A DNA stretch of 64,000 nucleotides from Adineta vaga. Taxonomy: Eukaryota; Animalia; Rotifera. The first letter of the stretch is position 1. Every line of letters begins with the position of its first letter. Made by a program: the position numbers and the translations under genes. The notes beneath the pieces were generated by a model. The model had not been told where the DNA came from. It saw nothing but the letters and a program-made list of their open reading frames with translations, and ran no database searches. The stretch lies in NCBI GenBank assembly GCA_021613535.1, contig CP075495.1, positions 6,510,001 through 6,574,000 on the forward strand, given 5' to 3'. Shown here in pieces: positions 12,901-25,800 of the stretch.

Positions 12901-15383
12901 TAATCGATATACAACACAGATTGAAAATGCATATTATTACTGTAATCCACCAGAAACTCGAGAAATTGAAAAGAAAGTTCGTTCACCAATCCAAGAATAT
13001 TTACGAAGATTACTTTTTAAAGATTTGACTAAAATGTCCATCGAAAAGGTAAGATTAGCATTGTTAACCATTCATAAATTCTTTTGTTTTGTTTAAAGAT
13101 TCTTCGTCAACTTCGTAAATTCAATTGGTATGATACAGAATTTCGTTTATATGCTATTAAATGTTTAGCAGCACCATATGGTATGAAATTTAATTCAATT
13201 CAATGTCTCGCTAGTATTCTTTCTGGTTTATCACATTTTTATGTAAGTCATAGAAATTTTAAAAAGAAATACAAAGAAGTATTATTTTCATAGGATGATG
13301 TCGCAATTGAAGTACTTGATAGTGTTCTCGATGATATTCGTTTAGGTCTTGAAGTATGTATACATATTCTAGAAGATATTTTAATAAAAGCTTTTTTGTT
13401 TCATTGAAGATAAACATTCCAAAATTTAATCAACGACGACTATGTATGATTAAATATCTCGGTGAATTGTATAATTATCGAGTTGTTGATTCAATTATTA
13501 TCTTTCGTACATTATATTTATTAATAACTTATGGAGTTAATTTGGATAGTATGTTAGAATTGAATTTGCTTTTATTTAAATCAATGTAATTTTGATTTTC
13601 ATTGATAGATTCGGAGCCGAATGAAATTGATCCACCTGAACATTTATTTCGTATTCGACTTGTTTGTACATTACTTGATACGTGTGGTCAGTATTTTGAT
13701 CGTGGTACAAGCAAAAAACGACTGGATTGTTTTCTCATTTATTTTCAAGTAAAATATAAGCGTTTCGTAAGATTCACGAAATACATAATGAATTTCTTTT
13801 TTCAAGAAATATTATCATTTTAAAAAAGAACAACCAATTTGGAATGTGTTAACTTATCCATTTCCACGTGAAATTGAACATATAGTTGATGAATGTATTA
13901 CAGATTTAAGACCAAAATTTACTAAAGCAACTTCATATGCAAAAGCATGTGAACAAGTTGAAAATATGGAAAAAGAATTTATTGGTTTAATCAGTAAGAA
14001 TATCATCATTTGGATTGAATTTGTTTTCGTGTCATTGTTGAATCTTCTATAGATGAACAACAAGCTAAAGCTACAGCAAAAGATATGATACATCAATCAC
14101 GTGATGTAAATTTAGCACCCATTACTGAAGATGAAGAACAATTAGCAGAAAATCCGAATGATGATGATCGTCCGAATGTGGAACGACAGCAAGATGATGA
14201 AGAAGTAAAAAAAAACTTCGATTAAATTTCGATATTTCATTTCAATCGCAAAAATAGGATGAAAGAGATCAAAGAGGAAGAGAAGATGATGACGAAGAAG
14301 AAGAAGAAGAAGAAGATGACGAAAGTCATGGAACTGCTCGTGTTCGTCGTACACGTCCAAGCGGTGGTAGTGCTGATCGCACGAGTGGTGGTAGTGGTGT
14401 TGATGAAGAATATCTCGATACAGACGAGAATGATGTCGTCAGTTTTGATGATGAAAATCAAAGTCGTCGTAAAAATTCAACTGAACGAACAAAAGTCGCC
14501 AGTGAAGAAGATACAGAATTTATGAAAGCATTTGATGCATTAGTTGCTGAGTCCGTCGCTGTAAGTTGATTAAGTTTCTTTTTAATTGGTAAAAAAGATT
14601 CTTGTTTTCAAATAGCAACGTACAAATGATATGACAAAAGTTCCAGCACCGGATATTCCTATTCCAGTTCATTTACGAAAAAATAAATTACCATCAACAA
14701 CATTGATGAATATTTCACGTAGGAAAGAAAAGAAATAATTGATGAAGAAGAAATTTTCTTTTTATAGATAGCGATGGTGATGATGAAAGTGAAAATACAG
14801 TTAAAAAATCGGAAACAGTTAATTTTGTTGTCATGCTCAAGAAAAATAATAAACCACAAGTAAATTATTAAGAAGATTCTATTTAAAATATGAAACCAAT
14901 TCTTTTAGTTTTATGATATGGCAGTATCGAGTACATCTGAAATGGCATTACGATTGAAAGCTCGTGAACAAGTATGTTTTTACGATTTTCAATGATTTGA
15001 TATAAAAGTATTATTTTTACTAGGCGGATCGAGAAGAAAAGGCTCGATTAAAAATACTTACGTTGAATATGTCCACACGAATGGAGCAACAAGAAAATGA
15101 ACAAGGTTTGTCTGTTTTTACAAATTAATTTATAAAACAAAGTTTTCTTCATTTACTTTTCAATAGAATTAATGATGAATGTAACAAATCGTTCAACACC
15201 AACATCAGCTGTAAATTTCAATCGAGAAAAAAAACCAAAATATGTTCCACCTAAAGGTGCTCCAGATGCTGATCTTACTTTGGATCAAAGTAAGACAATT
15301 CTAATCATTTTTGATTCCGAAAAATCTTTAAAATAACTTGTCTTTATTTAGAAAACGGTGAACAAACTCCAGTATGGAACTAA
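9926..15383 (+). CDS. UPF2: Regulator of nonsense transcripts 2 (UPF2), multi-exon
   Basis: Three MIF4G domains (RLDSSIKR..FIKRLR; QLPTCVNREMIDK..LLPFYSRLIA; SPIQEYLRRLLF..KYLGELYNYRVVDS..FRIRLVCTLLDTCGQYFDRG), acidic tract, and C-terminal PKGAPDADL motif. The end given is the as-read frame (see frameshift finding). Confidence 0.96.
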
Positions 15384-16035
15384 CATCAGACTTCAACTAT
15401 GATAATTGCAATCATCAAAGCAATTGAATAGAAATGATACTCATGCACGATTGCATTCAATACTTGGAAACAAAAGTCATTCGCTGAAATTTCTATAAAA
15501 AAAAATATATGTGATGAATTCCTATGTACAGTGATTTACTGGAGATTATGCAAAATGAAGTCTGTTTCTTTTTTGCTTTATTTTTTGTTTTTCGTTTGTT
15601 TCTTTACCTTCTTCTTTGATTTCTTTTTCATCATTAAACATAGGAGAAAATTAAACAAGAACACAGAAGAATAACTAGATCTTCACTCTCTTGATACACA
15701 TTGTATACTATGAATTTTTTCTTTCTGAATCCTGTTTGTTTGTTTGTTTGTTTGTTTTTTGTTACTTTGTATCTTGTGCCTATCTGCTTAAACAGTCATC
15801 ATCAAAGATAATGTGTTTTACTAACGAAAAGAGAGATGGAAGAAAAATGAAATAAAAAATTTATACAATTCGAATATTTTTATATGGATTATTAAGAGTT
15901 TGAGTGGTTAATATGTCGATTAAAGACGTTATAAATAGCTATGAGATTATTGTTAGTTTTCTTCTGATATATATTTACTTCCTACAATATTAATCTTTTC
16001 ATCTTAGACAAAAAGTACATCGCATACGAATACAA

Positions 16036-16824
16036 ATGACAAGTAATGATATGAATTTAGTTGCTGCTGAAGGTTTTCAAAAAGCAGCAAATGTTTATGA
16101 ACAAGCACGACCATCTTATGCAAGCGAAGCAATCGAACTTATTAAATCACTTTATGATAAACCTGATATAATTATCGATCTAGGCGCTGGTACAGGCAAA
16201 CTAACACGTTTATTAGGTCCAGTTGGTGCTCGAGAAGTAGTCGCTATTGAACCTGTATTATCCATGCGTGAGAAATTGAAAAATATTCCTTTAATTACGA
16301 AAATACTTGATGGAACAGCTGAACATATACCTTTCGATGATCATACTATTGATATGATTATCTCTGGTCAAGCATTTCATTGGTTTGCTAATCATCGAGC
16401 ACTAACGGAATTTCATCGTGTATTAAAACCAAATGGTTTATTGATACTTTTGTGGAATTCAACAGATGATGGTGGAAAACAATGGGCAGAAAATATAGAG
16501 AAATATATTGGTTCATTTAAACCAACGGATACACCACGTTATAAAACAATGGAATGGAAACAAGTATTTGAAAATCAAAATTTATTTTCATCATTACAAC
16601 ATCGTCAATTTAGTCATAAACAACGTGCAACACGTGATTTAACAATGAAACGAATTTTATCTACAAGTTTTATTGCTACATTACCACCTGAACAGCAAGC
16701 AAATTTAATTGATGAAGTTCGAAAAATTTTAGAAAATGCTGAAGAACTTCAAGGTGTGCAAGAATTTGATATAGATCATGTTACAAATATTTATTGGTGT
16801 TCACCGATGAATTCTTCGTCTTAA
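16036..16824 (+). CDS. Class I SAM-dependent methyltransferase (type 11-like), intronless, bacterial-type
   Basis: 262-aa single ORF with motif I IDLGAGTGKLT, AIEP, GTAEHIPF, GQAFHWF and EFHRVLKPNG. The N-terminal AAEGF..A..YEQARPSY matches a widespread bacterial methyltransferase family. Confidence 0.92.
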   Translation: MTSNDMNLVAAEGFQKAANVYEQARPSYASEAIELIKSLYDKPDIIIDLGAGTGKLTRLLGPVGAREVVAIEPVLSMREKLKNIPLITKILDGTAEHIPFDDHTIDMIISGQAFHWFANHRALTEFHRVLKPNGLLILLWNSTDDGGKQWAENIEKYIGSFKPTDTPRYKTMEWKQVFENQNLFSSLQHRQFSHKQRATRDLTMKRILSTSFIATLPPEQQANLIDEVRKILENAEELQGVQEFDIDHVTNIYWCSPMNSSS

Positions 16825-17145
16825 TTTCCATTTAAAAACTATTTTCGAATTTATTTCAATTTTTTTCTTGATTACAATCTTAAGTATTTATGTAATTCAT
16901 TTCAATATCAAATATTCATATAACAGTGATTGAAAGTATGAAATCAAACACTCACTTTATTTTGTTTTCTACGTACAGATAAAATCAAATCATTTGTTCT
17001 TTCTCTGCTACAATTCGAACAGAACATTAGCAAATGTGATTACAAAAAAAATGTTTCACATGAAAACCTAAAATAGAATGAATTTACATATGAAAGAAAA
17101 GCAAACTTATCTTATTTCGATTACTTTATTTAAAAACAACATATT

Positions 17146-18452
17146 TTACATATATTTCGAAATAAGATTTTGCATACGATTCGCATATGTTTGTTCGTAT
17201 GGAGCAGCTGGCCGAGGATCTGTTATTTTAGGGCCAAAATTCAAACCAATATAATGTTCGCGTGAAGTTGTTAGTGCTGTTCGTGGTCGTTCTTTCGACG
17301 ATGCAATTGTTTGAGACATTTGTGTGGATTGATTTGGAACTGGTTTTTGCACTGGTAAGGGTTGATTTAATACTGATGTTACTAGACGAGGACCAGCACT
17401 TTGTGCACGTTGACGACTTGTTGTGTTTGTATTATTATTGCTTGGGGTGGTACGTGATTGTAGAGTAATTGGTACTACAATATTGATCATTTCATCTTTT
17501 GAAGGAGGAGGAGGAGGTGGTGGTGGTGGTGGTAGCGTTGATGTAGAAAGACGAGACGAACGACCAGATTTGCTATCATCAGTGGTATTATTCCATATCA
17601 TACAGGCTGCAACACTTCCTTCACCCTTAGCTGAATGTTTACTACCTTTCTGCTTCGACATTTGTGTACGTGATGATAAAAATCGTTGAAATGTTTCTTG
17701 ACGAATTTCTTTTGATCGTTCTTGATCTGGTTGACCATGTTTATAAGCACAGGAATAAATACTAGCATTTGATGATAGAGATATTGGTACATTATTTTCA
17801 CCAGTATTTTTTATTGTTTGGATTTCTGAAAGAATACGTGATGGTGTTGTTGCGCGATTATAATCATCAGCATAGGATGTGATTTTAACACTTTCAGCAA
17901 GTGCCTTATGATCGGTATTAGATGGTATCCAACTGATAAGATATGGATTGAAATCTCCGCGTGTATTAGCCGTCGATTTTCGTTTACCAAAACCCTTGAA
18001 AAATAAATGAAAATCATAGAAAATAGATTGAAATCGATTTCTAGTGTTTTTCATCCTTCGTTTACCGATTGAGTATTTCGAACTAATGGATCACATTCAA
18101 ATTTGAAACGATTATCATGTTGAGAAAATACATGCGTATTCGCTTCCACCTAAAAGTGTACAATTCAGGTTGAAATATAATGCTAAAACAAAGTACAAAC
18201 TGTTTGTCGATCAATAAATTTTTTCGGTGGAATAGGTTGAGCTAGTTGACGAAAATATTGCGCTAAATCTGCTCGTGATTTAGCTCGAAAGTTACCATAA
18301 TAACTAGTTGGAAACTATAATTCAAAAGATACGAAGATCGCCAATAAGATTTAGATAATCCTATCATTGATATATCTTACCCATGAACCTACAATTCGTT
18401 GTGCATCTGTGGATGTAGCGAATGGAACTTGTCTTACATGGACTTGACTCAT
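17146..18452 (-). CDS. C3orf84: HDNR-motif protein, C3orf84/CIMIP7-like, with Pro/Ser/Thr-rich C-terminal extension (4 exons)
   Basis: Spliced translation MSQVHVRQ...RIVGSW|VPTSYYGNFRAKSRADLAQYFRQLAQPIPPKKFIDRQT|VEANTHVFSQHDNRFKFECDP...|GFGKRK...LISWIP aligns by eye with the vertebrate C3orf84 pattern (VGSW..YGHYRS..PQPP..FSKHDNR..GIGRRK), recalled from memory. Confidence 0.75.
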
Positions 18453-19829
18453 ATCAAATAATTTTTTTTGATTTTTAATCAATGACACACGTAATGAACT
18501 GTGTACTACTTACTTGTACTTCTTACAAAATAATATATGTCTTGTTCGTATTTATGTTGTTAACAACACGACACACGACAACGACGTCAAGAAAAATTGA
18601 ATGAGAGAGAGAGAGAGCAAATGACAAACTTAAAAAGAAAAATTGTAGTAAAAGACACTCAAAAAAAGTATTCTCTCCCTCTCTCTTCAACGGACATTGT
18701 AATGCTTACATACTGAGGCAATACTATTATTTTTTTCCGTTTTCTTTTGTTGACTCAAAAAGGAAGGACAAAGAGAGAAACAAGATTAATTGAATAAAAT
18801 TTTGCTGGAATATTTCATTCGAACTGAATAAAACTCAATGTATTTCAGTGTAGTTTCTATTGTTCTAATAATCGGTAGAATTTTTTTCTTCAAGATTTTG
18901 ATTTCTTCTGATTAAAAAAACATAACGAATAAAAAATTTGAAACGGCAATATATGAAGATCAAATATTTGTACAAAATTTTAGTTTATATTTCTAACTGA
19001 TCACTTGAAATAGTTATTTATAATTAAATTGCTCTTTGTGTTGTTTTGATTATTCGTCATTTCGTGACGAATACGAACGAAAAGATATAAAAGAAAGAAA
19101 AACAGATGTTTATCATTTACCTACTCAAGAGAAGAAGAGATTCTGAAATGGAAAAATGCTTTTTTGTAATAGTATAAGTAAAATAAATCATGGGTAATAC
19201 AAATAAAATTGTTTCTTGTTGTTATGTATGTAAGTTGATGTACACACAGGTCAAGAACGTAAAATGGTAGTTACCTCAAATAAACAGGTTATTTTTTTGT
19301 TTGTCTATATTTGTAATGAAAATTGCAATGGTTGAATGAAATTTCCATTGACAATATGTTCAAAAGTAAAATATAGGATCATAGAAATGTTGAGAATCTG
19401 GTCCTATGTTGTAGTTCAAAGATAATGTTAATTTGATGAAGAAATGTAAATACTATATCATCAATGACTGTTAGCGACGATAAAAAGGTGAAGTGTTCAG
19501 TTTGTCGTGTCAGATTAGTAATGCCATCTTTCGAAAGAGTGCTGTTAACAACAGAGAAATGAGAAAGGTATTTCCATCGCTTCAAATACTGACAATGGTA
19601 CCTCATTGACAACTACTACTTTTTGTTTTTTTTTGTTCTACAGCTTTTTCTCTTTTGTTTCCTGTACGTTTTCTTTTGATCGGTCTGTGTATATTACATA
19701 TTTGTTCTGAAAGATGTATTGAGAAGCAACATATATAAACTTTCAAAATTTATGCATAGTTCCACTTAACGGAAAGTAATCGAAATCTTTTTCTCTTTTT
19801 TTAATAGAAATCACATCGATTATCTATTA

Positions 19830-22800
19830 ATGGATATGCATACGAACTCATCTGCTTTTCAACATATTGTTAATTATGGCCCACATTCTGTTGTTGTCGC
19901 AAACCCGCATCATAATCATAATCATAGTCATAATCATAATCATCACCACCATCAACATCACCCTCGAATTTATTCGATGCCACCACCAAAATCGCGACCT
20001 GTTCAAAAAGCAGTATCGTCTTATCAACTCGTACCTCTCGTACCTCTCGTACCTGTATCGTGCAGTACAATCTATACACCAGTGCAGCAGCAGCAAAGAC
20101 CACCATCACAACCATCGCATCAACAATCTCAGAGTAACTATCTCTACAATATATATGTAAACGCATATTTTCTTTTTGTTTTATCGTTTTAGTAATGCAC
20201 GATCCGTTTTTTGCCGAACAATATCAAGCTAGTAAGTTTCTTGGATACTCAACGATATCGTATATAATTACTTTTGCTATAAGGTCGAGGAACGTCAGCA
20301 AAAATTCCAAAATATAATTCCCTAGATGATCCTCATATGCAAGATTATTATGCTCGAAAATTTGGTACACGTCCTAGATCATCCACGAAACGGTCATTGC
20401 GACCAGATGCACTCTATCGAATTACACTAAAAACAGCGGATACTAAAGATGCTGGAACCAATGCCAAAGTTTACCTGAGTATCTATGGAAAAAAAGATCG
20501 AATTTGTCGGAAATTATTAACACGTGAAACAATGTTACGTGGTCAAACTCAACTTTCACTATCATTAAATGGTCTCGATAAAATTGATGATAATGATTTA
20601 TATAATATTGAATTTAAACGTGGATCCACAGACATTGTTTATATTCGATGTAGAGATCTTGGCGTTATTCATCATATTGTTCTCGAAGTACGAGATAATT
20701 TTTTCTTTATTTCAGTGATAATAATATCCATTGGAATTAATCTTTTTTTCAGCATACTGGTCTATTGTTTGAGCAAAGTTGGTTATGTGAATTTGTATTA
20801 ATTACAAACGTTCGTACGGGTCGTTCATGGTTATTTCCATGTAATAAATGGCTATCATTATTTCATCCAGGAGATGGTTCGTTATCCGTAGAACTTTATC
20901 CTAGTGATTACGCATTGAATAATGATCGAACAAGACCACATGGACCTAAAGATACTGGTAAAATTATAAAGAACTTCGATTAACATCTTTCTTTTCTTTT
21001 TAGAATATGAAGTCGTTGTTATCACAGGTGACAAACGAGGTGCTGGAACAGATAGTCAAGTTTCTATGACATTATTTGGTCACGGTGGAAAACGAACAGA
21101 AAAAATTCATTTAAATAATTCAAACAATAAAAATCCATTTGAACGTAATCAAACCGATAAATTTCGTGTTAAAGGTGATTATGTTGGAGAATTAGTGAAA
21201 CTTCGAATTGAACATGATAATACAGGTCGTTTACCAGGCTGGTTTCTTGATCGAGTATGATAACAGATTTTCTTTGATCAACAGAGAAAAAGGCAAACTC
21301 TTTTTTCTTCAATAATTAGATCGTTATTACAGATTTATATGATCCGAAAACAAAATATTATGCAACATGCAATAAATGGTTAGCTAAAAACGAAGATGAT
21401 GGACAAATATCACGAGATCTTACATTGTCAGCAATGCAGCTGAAGGGAGACAAAGTATGATATGAGAAGAAGAAAGTGTGTTTCATAGTTTTCTTCATCT
21501 TCTTTTATTTAGACAATCAATATAAAGTATCAGTCTTCACAGGAAAAAAACGAGGTGCTGGAACCGATGCCGATGTGTTTATCACTCTCTATGGTGATTT
21601 GGGAGAAACAGGTGCCATTATGCTCGATGATAAAAAGAATAATTTTGAATCCGGAAAGTAAATATTAAAGATATGAAATTCGATTTATCTATTCCATCTT
21701 GTCTTTCATTATTTTAATAGGAAAGATGAATTCACTATTGAATGTCCAAGTGTAGGTGAATTGAATAAAATTTTGATTGCACATAACAATAAAGGTACAG
21801 CACCTGGTTGGTTTTTGGATCGTATTTTAATTGAAGATCTTAATGCAAGTCGTATTTATGAATTTCCATGTTATAAATGGTTAGCAACTAATGAAGATGA
21901 TGGACAAATTGCGCATTATCTTTTTCCAGTTAGCGAAGGTCATGGACCACAAGCTACAGGAGGTAAATAAAATAACTTTTAGACAGAAAAAGAATATTAA
22001 AATCTCTTATTCTAATTAAATTTATAGAGAATGGTAAGGAGAAAATAGCTATTGTCTGTCTGATTAATTTTTGTTATCTGAATTGATTATATAAGAAAAA
22101 TTTTCGTCTATGTTTGCATATTTTAGGTATTCCATATAATATTACTGTTTACACTGGTGATAAACGAAACGCTGGTACCGATGCCCGAGTTTATATAGTT
22201 ATGCATAATAAAGAATCATCATCTGGTGAAATATTTTTACCAAATGGAAAATTTGAACAAAAATCAGTTGATATATGCAAAATTGACGGTCCAGAAGCCT
22301 TAAGTCCATTAACAGCATTAGAAGTGGGACATGATAATACTGGTATGGCAGCTGGCTGGTATCTTGACAAGGTTTGTTCATAGGAAAAAGAAAGATTAGA
22401 AATAAAATAATAAATAGTTATAAAACAGTAAAATGCTGATCATAAAAGAATATAAAAAAAGACCGATAGTTGATGAACAAGGAATCAAAAATTTTCTTTG
22501 CTGCTAACGTCCTTGTAATTCTGATTCAATAAGAATTTTATCTCCTATTCTTTCCAGTCATAATTGCAATCGGATACGTACTTTACTTTGAAATCAATAT
22601 TTGATCTGTATCATATTTACCCTATATTGATTTTGTATCGTTTGAATATATTAGATTGTGGTTGATTGTCCAAGTACAGGAATTAAACAAACATTTCCAT
22701 GCTACAATTGGCTCGCTGACAATGAAGGCGATAAACTTATTCGACGTCGATTAAAAGAAGATTTATCATTACGTGAAACACGTCCACCAAGTAATAATAA

Positions 22801-25800
22801 AATTTATTCTTTAATTCATCTTGTTCAATGACTTTTTTTTATTTTCATAGCTATTCCCTGGTATATTTGGGTATATACAAGTGATTTGAAAGGAGCTGGT
22901 ACTGATGCTCAAGTAAATCTTGTTCTCTATGGTCGTGATGGTAAATCGGATGATATGAAATTACAAAGTAAATCCAATGCCTTCGAAGCTGGTCAATGCG
23001 ATGAATTTAAATTTGATATTGCTGATGTTGGAATACCAGTTAAATTACGTGTTAGTCACGATAATAAGCATGCATTTGCAGCATGGCATCTGGATCGAGT
23101 AAAACTATAAGAAAGAAAAACGTTTTTGTTTTATTATTATTGAAATATGTTTAGATTGAAATGGAAAATTTAAATACAAAGGATCGTTATAAATTTGCAT
23201 GCGGAAGATGGTTATCGAAAAAAGAAGATGACAAACAAATTATTCGAGAATTACCTGCTGAAGGTCCCGGAATTAAAAAACCTTTACCTGTAGTGAAATA
23301 TTTTGTTGATGTACATACGGGTAATAAATCGGGTGCAGGAACCGATGCAAATGTTTTCCTTAATATCTTTGGTGAATGTGGTGATACAGGAGGTAATATA
23401 TCTCATCGTTTTCTCTTTTTCTCATTGAAGAATTATGTTCATTTTTTTAGAACGACCCTTGGAATATTCGAAAAATAAAAATAAATTCGAAAAAAAACAA
23501 GTAAAAGAAGATTATTAAATCAATGATATAATAAAACTATTATTGTTGTTTCTTATTTAGGTTGACAACTTCATTATTGAAGCTGTTTCATTAAAAGAGA
23601 TACAGAAAATTCGTATTGGTCATGATGGCACAGGTTAGTTCCTTCATTAAAATTGAATTAGATTCGTTTTTTCTAATAATAAATATAATTTTTCCATTAA
23701 AATAATTAGGCGCCGGTTCTGGATGGTTCTTAGATAAAGTTGTTGTTCGACCAGAAGATGAACGTTATAAACCAGCTACATTCGAATGTAATAGGTATAC
23801 TAGAAAAAAAATCGAAAAAGATTTCAATTGTTTCGTGTCTTCCTTTTTTTCTTCTTCTTCTTCTCATAGATGGCTTGCTGTCGATGAAGATGATGGACAA
23901 ATAATTCGTGAATTAACATTAGCATCAGCTGCACAACATTTAGATAAAACAACATATAATGTACGAATAAAAACTGGTGATGTTTTTCAAGCTGGAACTG
24001 ATGCTGATGTACACTTGAAAATCTTTGGTAGCAAAGGAGATACAGATAAACTTCCATTAAGAACAGCAAATCATACATCAAATAAATTCGAACGAAATCG
24101 TATTGATAATTTTACATTTGAATTTGCCGATCTCGGAAAAGTTTGTTGTTTTACTTTTGATGAAGATAGTTTTGTTATACATATTTTTCTTTATAGATTG
24201 CACATATTCTTATTGGACATAATGGAAAAAATCCAGGCGCAGGCTGGTTTCTTGATTGGGTAGAAATCGATATACCAATGCGAGGAGAACTTTATAAGTA
24301 AGATTTTTGTATATAATTAAATTCACTTCTGAATTTGTTTTATAGATTTTCTTGTCATCGTTGGTTAGATAAAAAAGAAGGTGATGGTAGAATCGAACTT
24401 GATTTACAACCGTCTGATGTTATTACGAAAGCGGGTGGTCAGTAATCATATAAATATGCTTATCAAATCGAGTAAAACATAATAATTATTTGTTTTTAGT
24501 TATACCCTATGAAGTAACTGTCTTTACTGGCAACAAAAATGGCGCCGGTACTGATGCAAAAGTATTCATACAAATGTATGGTTTAAATGGTAAAACGGAA
24601 GAAATGACTTTGAGTAATAAATCAAATTCATTCGAAAAAAATTCAGTGAGAGAAAACGATTATTCGCTTGTTAATTAACTAACTTATTCGATTTGAATAT
24701 TTTAGGTCGATAAATTTAAAATTGAAGCACCAGATATTGGACAAATTCAGAAAATTCGAATTGGACATAATTCAGAAAAAATGGGCTCAGCATGGTATCT
24801 TGAAAAAGTAGGAGATTTTCTTCTGATTGTTTTGATTCAATATCAAACTCTTGTCATTTAGATTCTTGTCCAACGACATTTAAGTGAAACATTTGATAAA
24901 CGTAAAAGAAGTAAGTCAAATTGTGCTTGATTTTTTCAAATTGGAAGTTTTAATCCTATGTTATTTAGGTTTTAAATCTGGTGGTTCATTGCGTCTTAGT
25001 CAGATTAGTGCTGCTGATCCAAATGTTGAGGAGTATTGGTTTTTCTGTCAACAGTGGCTTGATAAAAGTTCAGGTGACAAACAAACTGTTCGAGAATTAT
25101 TACCAACAGATGAAAATGGAAATCCTCTAAGTGATCGAAATGGTAAAAATCAGTATTTATTCTTCTTATTATTTAAAATATCTTTCTTGTTTACAGAAGT
25201 AACATATACAGTGCACGTCTTTACGGGTGACAAATCTGGTGCTGGTACAGATGCTAATGTTTTCTTGACAATCTATGGTGAAACTGAAGATTCAGGTATT
25301 GAATTTCGATTCAATGAAAACGTTTGATTAAAATTGAATGGTATACTTTCTTTTTAGGTGAACGAGCTTTAACAAATTCGAAAACAAATCGAAATAAATT
25401 TGAAAGAAATAAAGTTGGTTTACTTCGTATCTAATCTTTTCATTTGTTATGTTATTTTTTTCTATGAATTTTAGGAAGATGTCTTCGAAATAAAAGGCAT
25501 TTGGTTAGAAAAATTAAGAAAAATCAAAATTCGACATGATGACGCTGGAGTATGTTGATCAATACATTGATTGAATAAGTTTCAAATATCTTTTAACAGG
25601 GTGGTTCAGCATGGTATCTTGATCGTGTGGAAATTGTTGATCCACAAACTGATCAAGTGTAAGTAACAAGAAATGAATATAGATTATCGTCTTATGGAAT
25701 CTATCTTGTATTTTTTTTTAAGATTCCATTTCGTCTGTCAGAAATGGTTAGCCAAAGATAAAGATGATGGAATGATCTCTCGTGAAATACCTGCTTTGGA

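Noticed and set aside
19848-20166. Several overlapping ORFs (DYDYDY, IIII repeats)
   Set aside because: Shadow frames of the His-Asn repeat in LOXHD1 exon 1.
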